Source: Methanotrichaceae archaeon (lineage in GTDB: Archaea; Halobacteriota; Methanosarcinia; Methanotrichales; Methanotrichaceae). Taken from it: DNA of 64,000 nt. The position numbers were made by a program, and so were the translations under genes. Shown one piece after another: positions 20,416-28,699 of the stretch. The stretch lies in NCBI GenBank assembly GCA_963754945.1, contig CAVWIG010000018.1, positions 96,001 through 160,000 on the forward strand, given 5' to 3'. How positions within the stretch are numbered: the first letter of the stretch is position 1; each line of letters begins with the position of its first letter. The notes beneath the pieces were generated by a model. It made no database searches, was not told the DNA's origin, and saw only the letters and a program-made list of their open reading frames with translations.

Positions 20416-22200
20416 ATTATTATACGTGGTTTTAACGTTTTGAGCGGTTGGCTTCTCCAGCTCGTAAACAACCAAACTATCCGGTTTCCCAGCCAAGTCC
20501 CCATTAGCATCCCAGATTTTCTTTATGTATGGACCTGCCTTGCGTAATCTCGCGTTCTCAAGCTTCTTGAAAGGCTCCTTAATAGCTGGCTTTGGCAATT
20601 CTTCTTCGCACATAACGCCGTAGCCATAGGCGCCCTGTCTAATGATGCGTCTACCCGGTCCCCAAGTTAAAACTCTGTCTATATCTTCTGCCTTCACACC
20701 GATACAGTAGACCTCAGACGGCGCAAGTCCTTTAGGATCTTTGGCCCGTGACCATGCCTGCCACGTCGCCGCATCTACTGAACCTACCCGTATAGTCTGA
20801 CTCTCGATATCCGAATCCGCGAGGCAATCATAAGCATTCTTAGGAACTTCTGCTAGTCCAACTGCAATTATGGTCCTGCGGTCACTCTCTACGCCCATCG
20901 TGTTTGCTGATCTATAATAATCCCAAAAAAGGTTAGGGTATCCTTTGGATAGCGCCTTTTGCAATCTAGCATGTAGTTCCATATTGGGTGCCAACACATG
21001 TATAGGCGCGTTTCCCTTCGCTTCTGATAAATCTTTAATGCGTTCTATGATATCTGGGATTTTAGCATGTTTTTGGTTAGTGGTGCCACTTAACCGGCTG
21101 GAGTCTGCGTAGATTGTCATTTGGCTATTTGTATTGCAAATGTCCGGGAATATAGCCTGCTCTAGTGGCCAATCCACGCCAAGAAATTTACCCCTACCGG
21201 CTATAGACTTGAAGAAGCCGGAGTAAGGCTCAAACAAGGTTCCCGAAACAAAGATTACCGAAGCTTTTTTGGCATAATTCTTTAGATAATCCCTGACAGC
21301 ACCATTCATGCGGCCCAAAGCCCCACATACATAAATCTGACCCGAACCGTCATGACTGATATACGATAACCGGGCAGTATCGTGGCCCAGGATTTCTATG
21401 ATATCGCGTAATTGTAAAACTTCCTCTTCAGTTACATTGAACTCATCATGCTTCTTGGCCAGTTTCCTGAGTTCACCCCAGATCTTGCGCTGCTCGTCCT
21501 CGGTAAGCGTCCACGGGACTTTTAGCTCTCTAACTAGCCAATTGTTTGGGTCATACTCGACCTGTCTCCAAAGATCCTCGACGTCGTACTCTGCAGAATC
21601 GCGTAGTTCTGTCCATTTCTTTAACGCTTTCAGAAGTAAGGGATAATCCTCTCGTATTTTGAGAGCCAAATCCTGTAGGTGGGCTGTGTGCGGAATTTTG
21701 GCAACATCGCTAGTGACAAGGGTATGCGCCTCGTCGAACAATACAACATCGATGTCTTTTAAGATCTCACGAAGGGACTGCGCTCTTTCACTGTCGGAAA
21801 TCATAATGGCTTTTAGTTTCGCAGCAGTCAGCGATTTCATCGATGCGTATGGTTCGCGTTCGATATCGAGTATGCAGCAGTCCTCGGCATATTTGCAGGC
21901 GTCACACTCTCTCGGTATCGACATAGGTAATTGTTCAAGTAATGGCTCTTTGGCAATTTCGTCCTGATTGTATTGACATGCCACGTTTCCATAGATACCG
22001 ACAATGTCCTCATCGGCCTCTTTCATCGTATCGCTGATGATGTTTTTCGTTGGTGATACCAATAGCACTCGTTTATTGGATCTGCCAGCAGCGATGACGA
22101 AACTCGTCGTAAAGCCTGCTCGCGTAACTTTATGGATAGCGTAATCCTTACCGTCAAGGAAGGAAGCTGCAAGAGAAACCCTGCTTTCATCTATTTTCAT
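20416..22200 (-). pseudogene. SF2-type helicase-like replication protein, 3'-truncated by IS5
   Basis: TRAGFTTS (Walker A-like), VSPT, Cys cluster C..CxxC..CC, LFDEAH, SGTL, QAWSR; ORF runs into the IS end. Confidence 0.7.
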
Positions 22201-22390
22201 GCAGCAGCCCTCCAACTAGTTTTTATCAACCAAAAACTATAAATACTATACGAATTACGTATTAGATTAAATTGATTAGAATTAACTGTCATAACTTTAC
22301 CTTTTTTGAACGGCGCTGCGAACGTTCAATTTCTATTTTCTATTGAGCGTTTTGCTTTGGCTGTTTACTGCTTTTTTGTCAATATTTGTC

Positions 22391-22573
22391 TCAATTACTG
22401 CCACTCTCATGTACATCTATCGGCTTGACGGTGAGACACTCCCCATCAAATGTGAATTCAATTCGATCAAATTCTTTCCATGCATTCGCAACGGGCCGTG
22501 GTATGCTGATCAGTGCTGCCTTGTTGTCAACAGATTTCGTGAGTCTGCGCTTAAAGGTTAAATTCATCGTCAT
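22391..22573 (-). CDS. AbrB/MazE/SpoVT-like DNA-binding protein
   Basis: RRLTKS...LISIPRPV...DRIEFTFDGECLTVKP. Confidence 0.7.
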   Translation of the reverse strand: MTMNLTFKRRLTKSVDNKAALISIPRPVANAWKEFDRIEFTFDGECLTVKPIDVHESGSN

Positions 22574-22671
22574 GTTTATTTTCAACACTCCGTTTTAAAA
22601 TAGGCCATAAAAAATTTTTTTAACTCCTTAAAGCGGTTCTACTATTTATACTTTTTGGTAACAATCAGCAT

Positions 22672-22908
22672 CTACTGCTTTACCAAGATATCTTTCTGAT
22701 CATGAGTTTCCCAGATCTCCAAGACCCTAAGCTTAGAGATGAGAATCATTCTCCCGTCCAGCTTCTGAATGTTTAAGAAGTCCTTAGATATCGATAGCAA
22801 GCGACCACACAACGGAAATCTATCGTTACTCTCTGTTACGATGCCGACAACCTTCCCGATAAAAGGGCTAAATTCATCTTTCAAATCTAACTGATTCTTC
22901 ACTATCAT
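22672..22908 (-). CDS. small Sm/LSm/Hfq-fold-like protein
   Basis: FIGKVVGIV...LCGRLLSISKDFLNI..LDGR.ILISK..V..I pattern. Confidence 0.5.
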   Translation of the reverse strand: MIVKNQLDLKDEFSPFIGKVVGIVTESNDRFPLCGRLLSISKDFLNIQKLDGRMILISKLRVLEIWETHDQKDILVKQ

Positions 22909-22931
22909 ATTTCAATTTCACTCCAATTCTA

Positions 22932-23120
22932 TCAGACGATCCCATGAACCCGTTCGTATTCCCTATTGTATTCAACGAACAGGTCGAACTCGGGACTCTG
23001 CATCCATGCCAGTTTCCGCTTCATGAATTCCTGATGCAGTTGACGCTCTTCTTCACTCTCAAATGGATCCCAATCTGACCGTAAGCTTTTTATACTTTTA
23101 CTTGAATTACTAAGTTGCAT
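22932..23120 (-). CDS. hypothetical protein (62 aa)
   Basis: GGTGA RBS; in the co-directional cassette. Confidence 0.55.
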   Translation of the reverse strand: MQLSNSSKSIKSLRSDWDPFESEEERQLHQEFMKRKLAWMQSPEFDLFVEYNREYERVHGIV

Positions 23121-23188
23121 ATTTTTATCACCTTTTTGGATCAGTGCTACCAACACTGAATCCTTTTAACCTTTATTCAGCATTCTCC

Positions 23189-23305
23189 TGCTGTGTTGCA
23201 TAACTCAGAACCACGATGTCGATTGCTATCGATTTTGCTCATTTACCTATCATTACTGATATGCTCCGATGCATATCGATTTTAGCAAATTTATGCAACA
23301 CAGCA
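23189..23305. mobile_element. MITE family A (117 bp)
   Basis: TIR TGCTGTGTTGCATAA / TTATGCAACACAGCA, 8-bp TSD CATTCTCC. Confidence 0.9.
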
Positions 23306-23535
23306 CATTCTCCTAATCCCAATTTGTTTATCTTGTCGCGTCTATCTTGTTCTACCTTTACACCGATATGGACGCATTTCCAAATCATGCCTGAAATTGT
23401 CATTCCTAAGTTGTTAGCCATTTGCTTCAATTGTTTCTTCTCATTCGGAGTCACCCTAAGAGCGATAATATCAGTCATTTTGTCTGAGTCTACCGATTTT
23501 TGTCTTTTTGTCTGCCTAACCATGATTCTCACCAA
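23239..23535 (-). CDS. ribbon-helix-helix (CopG/MobC-like) protein, C-terminus extended by MITE
   Basis: IIALRVTPNEKKQLKQMANNLGMTISGMI. Confidence 0.75.
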   Translation of the reverse strand: MVRIMVRQTKRQKSVDSDKMTDIIALRVTPNEKKQLKQMANNLGMTISGMIWKCVHIGVKVEQDRRDKINKLGLGECAVLHKFAKIDMHRSISVMIGK

Positions 23536-23582
23536 CGTTATAACGACGTAAAATAGTGAAGACGATAAAAAAGATCTGGGAG

Positions 23583-24062
23583 TTAATATTTTGCCAAGAT
23601 CTTCTTCGCTTCTCTGACCCGGCTTTCAAGGTCCGAAATGATTGGACCTTTTTCGTTTTTAACCCGGTCTCGCTTATCTAAGGCGCTTTGAACTTCTGGC
23701 AGTCCCTCCGCTTCATGAGTGGACATGGCCGCATTCGTTCGAATCGCACGTTCCAAGGAATGACGAGCATCCAGCTCTGCATCAGAGAGGATCCGGCGAG
23801 CTCTCGATAGCTTGTCCAGAAGGCCGCTCAGTGTAGGTTCTCCATCAGTGAGCTTTAGGAATGCCTCGTGGTCTTTCTTAACGTCAGCTAAATGCTTATC
23901 AGCAGCTTCCACATTAGATATCGCGTCTACTGCCCCATCCCCAACGAACTCGGCACCCCATCCGCTGGCCGTCTTCTTAGGTCGAATGTATACGAGAAGA
24001 GCTGCCTGCTTGCTCGATAGATCTGCCTGTGCCGCTTCATAGGCTTCCTCGATACCACTCAT
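23583..24062 (-). CDS. helical hypothetical protein
   Basis: 159 aa; ATGA overlap with upstream gene. Confidence 0.7.
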   Translation of the reverse strand: MSGIEEAYEAAQADLSSKQAALLVYIRPKKTASGWGAEFVGDGAVDAISNVEAADKHLADVKKDHEAFLKLTDGEPTLSGLLDKLSRARRILSDAELDARHSLERAIRTNAAMSTHEAEGLPEVQSALDKRDRVKNEKGPIISDLESRVREAKKILAKY

Positions 24063-24766
24063 AACTGCTCCTGCTCGCGTTGAGCTTTCGAAAGGGCATC
24101 CCGCTTCCTATTCAGGGTCTGACGTAGACGGGATTTTGCTGCTTCAAGGTCATCATCGCCTTCCTCGGTCGTCTGACCGAATGCTCCCACAACAGGCGTT
24201 CGAGTATCTTGATCTACACCGCCTACACGATCAGGCGTGTTCCGCTTCTTCGCAAGCGTGTCCGCTAATCTTACCTTTGCGGTAGCCAGTGAAGTAGCCA
24301 GTTCCCCTTCTGCCTCTTCTCGATTGCCAGGTACGACATTAGATTTTGTCGAAAGTGTTCTGTGTAGCTGTGCCCTCAATTCGTCGTGCGTCTGGTTAAA
24401 TTTCATAGCAGGTCTCGGATTGATGATTTCGGGATGCTCGTCCAAATAAGTGAATCCCACATCTCTGAATGCCTCATAATGCTGTCTGGCCCTCTCGGGA
24501 CTGCGATTAGCCTGGTTTAGGATCATGAGAAAGTCATCATAATCCGGATTGAATTGGGTGTTGCGCGGTGATTCTATCTCTGGAGTTCCCTTGAGCGTTG
24601 CCGCTAGCTCTGCTTTTGCCTTCTCGACACCGGGACCTCTGGAATTGGACTTTATGAACCGTTGGCGTGCTGCCTCTAGCTCGTCGGAAACGAGCACGTC
24701 GTCTGGTTTGCCGGATAGTGTCTCCTTCAAGATGCTTTTGGCTCTAAAATAGCGATAATCTTTCAT
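24059..24766 (-). CDS. hypothetical protein with repeated amphipathic helices
   Basis: GGTGA RBS; repeated A(K/R)xxLxxTL motif. Confidence 0.7.
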   Translation of the reverse strand: MKDYRYFRAKSILKETLSGKPDDVLVSDELEAARQRFIKSNSRGPGVEKAKAELAATLKGTPEIESPRNTQFNPDYDDFLMILNQANRSPERARQHYEAFRDVGFTYLDEHPEIINPRPAMKFNQTHDELRAQLHRTLSTKSNVVPGNREEAEGELATSLATAKVRLADTLAKKRNTPDRVGGVDQDTRTPVVGAFGQTTEEGDDDLEAAKSRLRQTLNRKRDALSKAQREQEQL

Positions 24767-24969
24767 TTTATGTCACCTATAACGGACAAACTATCAGTGT
24801 ATTGTGAACATCATCATAAACCATTTCAACATGGGTGTAACCACTATCGGCCCAAATATTGAAAATCGGCTTCGGAATGCTGAACAATCCATAGCAGCCC
24901 GAGCTTAAAATTTTTCTAAAGAACCTCATCAAACTATAGAATCCGTAAAAAAGACAAAAAAAGGAAGGG

Positions 24970-25563
24970 TCATGCTTTAGCCCCTTCCGGTTGTGTCTGC
25001 TCTACGATTGTGTTGTTAGAACCTCGAGCATTCAAGGTTGCTTGCCTCTGTGTGAGAGCCGATTTGTGGGCCTCTAAAGTTCTGATAAGGTCGTCGATCT
25101 TGGCGATGACCGAAGTGATATCCTCGTTGGGTATTCCATCGGCAGTGATTGCAGACTTTATGTTGTCCTTCGCTTTGTCGAAATTGTCCTTGGATGCTCT
25201 GGTTGTCGTCTTGGGCTTCGGTGGAATGATCTGATTGACAATCTGTCGGACTTCCTTGTAGGTCACTGCAATCTTCGGTTGCTCGTCCATCTCCTTTTGC
25301 TCTGCCTTCTCGATGATCAGATCGAGTGCCTTATCTAGATCAGCATCATTCTTTAGGGCGTGTAGTGGACGAGCTGCATTTTCACTAAGGATCTCTCCGA
25401 TCGGACGAGAACTGTCCTTTAATATTTCACTTTGTGCTACTTTTGCCGATATATTGTTCATCAAAGGTATGTGCTTCAGAATTCTCTTTACCGTTTCTGG
25501 GTTTTTCTTACAGAAACCGTTGTTCTCAGCCATTGCTCGATAGAATTGCTCGCAGCGTACCAT
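24970..25563 (-). CDS. hypothetical protein, possibly HTH/ParB-like
   Basis: LSENAARPL...VTYKEVRQIV, C-terminal coiled coil. Confidence 0.65.
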   Translation of the reverse strand: MVRCEQFYRAMAENNGFCKKNPETVKRILKHIPLMNNISAKVAQSEILKDSSRPIGEILSENAARPLHALKNDADLDKALDLIIEKAEQKEMDEQPKIAVTYKEVRQIVNQIIPPKPKTTTRASKDNFDKAKDNIKSAITADGIPNEDITSVIAKIDDLIRTLEAHKSALTQRQATLNARGSNNTIVEQTQPEGAKA

Positions 25564-26034
25564 CTAAACGACCCCCGCTGCTGTTGGTTTCGGTAACAAA
25601 ACCGAAACTCTCATATACTTATGCGTACTCGCGCTTGTATTCAACATTTTGGACATACCGTCCACCGTCCTTTCGGGTTTTTTTACTCGGGACTTACCAG
25701 AGAATCGAGCCAAAACCCGAAGCGGGCGGCTGCATGCAGTGATACTATATATAGTCTTCTATCGGGCTCGCCCGATATTGTTATTTTTGCAAATATCACA
25801 ATTTCACAAAATTTATAAAATTTGCTGTCGCCATTTATCTGCCGCGTGCATATGATCCCATCACAATCAATAGCAGCTTCGATGCGGCACCTACACCAGT
25901 TTGATGCCGTCAGTACTCCGCTGGGAGCAAGATTGTCGTTGCACTTCTGTCCCGCTCAGTAATTACCCAGATCTTGATACCGCTAGTGCCCCTGGTGTCG
26001 CTAAAATATGACTAAGTGGGAATTTAGGCATCCA

Positions 26035-26205
26035 TTAAGCCTTTTTGCTCTGTGTAACTGTATCCTCTGCACTTCTCTTTTCAGCTTCATGAATCAGCGC
26101 GAGTCGGGCCAGGTTGACATCTCTTAGGCTGTTAAGAACGCTCAAAGCTAGGTCAATCTCAGCGACATCCTCGGTGATGGCTTTTTTGAAATCTACAGTG
26201 ACCAT
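26035..26205 (-). CDS. small coiled-coil protein (56 aa, not in ORF track)
   Basis: MVTVDFKKAITEDVAEIDLALSVLNSLRDVNLARLALIHEAEKRSAEDTVTQSKKA. Confidence 0.55.
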   Translation of the reverse strand: MVTVDFKKAITEDVAEIDLALSVLNSLRDVNLARLALIHEAEKRSAEDTVTQSKKA

Positions 26206-26216
26206 GAAGATCATTC

Positions 26217-26339
26217 CTACTTGGCCTCTACCAACAACTGCTCCAACTCGCCTACGGCAGCATCCCGGATTTCCTGAAGGACTCCTAGGATCTCGTTTAT
26301 CTGTTCGATCCGGTTTTCCAGTTCTGACTTAGTGGGCAT
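26217..26339 (-). CDS. small coiled-coil protein (40 aa, not in ORF track)
   Basis: MPTKSELENRIEQINEILGVLQEIRDAAVGELEQLLVEAK; TATA-like TTTATAAG at ~26399-26406. Confidence 0.55.
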   Translation of the reverse strand: MPTKSELENRIEQINEILGVLQEIRDAAVGELEQLLVEAK

Positions 26340-26490
26340 GAACAATCATCTCGCTTCAAATTTTATCCTATTTAGTTAATAGTAATATTAAGTGTGAACT
26401 TATAAACTTATGGTTGCTTGTATTATGCGATATACGCTACTCTATGTCTAGAATTACAGGTATTATACAGTTTAATGGGTATATCTATCT

Positions 26491-27360
26491 TCAAACGTCC
26501 AGGTACTTACTCTGTTTTTCACGAAGCGTCGCGATATCTATGTGCAGGTATCTCGCAGTGGTCCTTATACTGGAATGCCTCATCAACTGCTGCAAAGAAT
26601 AGATATCGCAACCGTGCTTAACCATAATTGAAGCCGGACTATGCCTTCCCCAGACATGTACGCTTCCTCGCGACTTTACTCCAGCGGCTTTCTTACATTT
26701 ATTAAACATCGTCTCGATCCCCCTCAGCTTCCACTTGTGGAACTGATCGGTATAAAATAATGGGAATCGCCCGTCAATCTCGATCCTAGGTCGAATCTGA
26801 AGATATTGCTCTATGATCTGTATGCAAGCTGGTGGAATAGGCAATATCGCAGACTTGCCGAACTTACCATCCCGGATTCGCAAGGTCATAGTCTTAAGAT
26901 CTAAATCATCATCTTCTAAATTCATTAAATCGCCAGCTCTTAGCATGCAATAGAACATTATACTTAACATTGTGTAGTATTTTAAGTTTGTTGTCGCGTT
27001 CAAGATCGCCAAAACCTCTAATTCGCTGAAGAAATAAGGAACCTTGTTGCTTACCTTCATGTAGGGTAATGTCAGCTCTAAACCCCTTGATTTATAAAAG
27101 GCTTTTAATGCTGCGCCCCAGATATTTACAGTGCTCCTAGCCAACTTTGACTCGGCTAGATCACCATGCCATTTCTTAGCATCCTCAATCGTTGGGTTTG
27201 GGCTTCCCGTTTCCTTCAAGAACCGCTTTACTGGATGTAGATATGTCTCTACGCATGCTTGCCGGTAACCATGCTCATTCAGCCAACGCTCGAACCTCCT
27301 TAGAGCAGGATTAACATCCATAGAAATTTGCCGATTCCAGTCCACCTTGATCTTATCCAT
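26491..27360 (-). CDS. tyrosine recombinase/integrase (XerD-like)
   Basis: R (MLRAGD), K (GKFGK), HxxxRH (HVWGRH), H (MRHSS), Y (TARYLH). Confidence 0.93.
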   Translation of the reverse strand: MDKIKVDWNRQISMDVNPALRRFERWLNEHGYRQACVETYLHPVKRFLKETGSPNPTIEDAKKWHGDLAESKLARSTVNIWGAALKAFYKSRGLELTLPYMKVSNKVPYFFSELEVLAILNATTNLKYYTMLSIMFYCMLRAGDLMNLEDDDLDLKTMTLRIRDGKFGKSAILPIPPACIQIIEQYLQIRPRIEIDGRFPLFYTDQFHKWKLRGIETMFNKCKKAAGVKSRGSVHVWGRHSPASIMVKHGCDIYSLQQLMRHSSIRTTARYLHIDIATLREKQSKYLDV

Positions 27361-27506
27361 TTCAAGCACCGGTCCCGCGCGACGTAATACGCTTACCCGC
27401 TGTTCTCGGTGAAGACATTCAAAACAAAATCAATATATTCGAGGATAGATCCTGGTTTCCTGTTGCCTTGCCACGCGACAATTATGGAGCCACATAACGA
27501 TTAAAT

Positions 27507-27820
27507 GGCGGGCTTGCCAACGGTTGCCAGCAGCGCCACAGGTCAGTTTATCCAGGAGCATTCTCATCCCCTCAAGCCTGTAAGCGACAGTTACCCGCAG
27601 TGGGTCTGCTCCCTTCCGGGCCTGAACCGGTGCCTGCAATTATGGAGCCCAAACCTGCCCTCCGGCAGGCTCAAACGCCGGTGCTATCCCTACAGGACGG
27701 AGAATCATGGTCAACATCTGGACTGACAAGCGACGCCTAAAGTCGTCCGCCAGCTTCTAGCCCCCCGCTTGTCGACGATTTCGGGTTGCAGGTGACGCCG
27801 AACCACCCGGACTGCCCGCC
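27507..27820 (-). ncRNA. ffs: signal recognition particle (7S) RNA
   Basis: Helix 8 GGTTCAGGCCCGGAAGGGAGCAG, helix 6 CCTGCCGGAGGGCAGG, complementary ends GGCGGGC/GCCCGCC, 314 nt. Confidence 0.93.
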
Positions 27821-27878
27821 ACTTTTAATAAAGAGTTCGATAGCAATAAAGCTAACGCAAAAAGTGGAGAGGAATTTT

Positions 27879-28130
27879 ATGGAAGATACCGACCAGAACG
27901 TAGGGTTCATCATGGGGAGCAACCAACGCCAAAGGGTGCTCCAGGTTCTCGGCGCCAAAGGGGCGCTCAGCGCTGATAAGATTGCCAAGATCGATCACAC
28001 ACCCGTACCTGGGGTAAGGAAGACCCTGGAGGAGCTGGCAGCAAGAAATGTCGTCGCCGAGAAGGAAGGAGTCTGGAGCCTGACCGATCTGGGCATTGAG
28101 TTAGAGAAAGAGATGAAGAAGAGGGGCTGA
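27879..28130 (+). CDS. winged-helix DNA-binding protein
   Basis: GSNQRQRVL...IAK...VRKTLEEL...WSLTDLG. Confidence 0.8.
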   Translation: MEDTDQNVGFIMGSNQRQRVLQVLGAKGALSADKIAKIDHTPVPGVRKTLEELAARNVVAEKEGVWSLTDLGIELEKEMKKRG

Positions 28131-28134
28131 CCGG

Positions 28135-28662
28135 ATGAAAGTGATGGAGGCCATCGCAGAGCGTCGATCCATCCGGAGCTTCTCGAGCCAGCCTGTCGAG
28201 GATGAGAAGCTCTTACGGGTTCTGGAGGCAGGACGCCTGGCCCCCTCGGCGAGGAACATGCAGGACTGGAAGTTCGTGGTTGTAAAAGACCCAGGCCTAC
28301 GCCAGAGGCTGGCTGAGGCAGCCAGGAACCAGGAGTTCGTCAGCCAGGCGCCCGTTGTGATCGTGGCTTGTGGCACCTCGGACTACGTCATGACCTGCGG
28401 CCAGCTCACCTATCCCATCGACGTGGCCATCGCCGTGGACCATATGACCCTGGCAGCAGTGGAAGAGGGCCTGGGAACCTGCTGGATTGGAGCCTTCTAC
28501 GAGGATAAGGCGAAAGAGATTCTGGGAGTACCCAAGACTATCAGGGTGGTCGCTCTGCTGCCCCTGGGCTATCCAGCTGCAGAGCCTGCAAAGACCGCCA
28601 AGGCTATTCTCAAACCACGTAAACCCCTGGAAGAGATAGTAGTTTACGATGGATGGAAGTAA
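28135..28662 (+). CDS. nitroreductase family protein
   Basis: RRSIRSF, APSARN.QDW, GLGTCWIG, LPLGYPA. Confidence 0.93.
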   Translation: MKVMEAIAERRSIRSFSSQPVEDEKLLRVLEAGRLAPSARNMQDWKFVVVKDPGLRQRLAEAARNQEFVSQAPVVIVACGTSDYVMTCGQLTYPIDVAIAVDHMTLAAVEEGLGTCWIGAFYEDKAKEILGVPKTIRVVALLPLGYPAAEPAKTAKAILKPRKPLEEIVVYDGWK

Positions 28663-28699
28663 ATAAAACTGAAAAGAAGCCGTGTGAAGATAACAAGGA

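Larger units (their letters stand above)
13251..27576 (-). mobile_element. putative integrative element at the SRP RNA gene
   Basis: Integrase beside SRP RNA, 17-bp direct repeat at both ends, AT-rich interior, truncated host gene at the left junction. Confidence 0.6.

Noticed and set aside
26217-26219. Pyrrolysine readthrough joining the two micro-ORFs
   Set aside because: The TAG is followed by GAA TGA in frame, and the second ORF is in a different frame.
27430-27726. ORFs overlapping the SRP RNA
   Set aside because: Explained by the ncRNA; no protein motifs.
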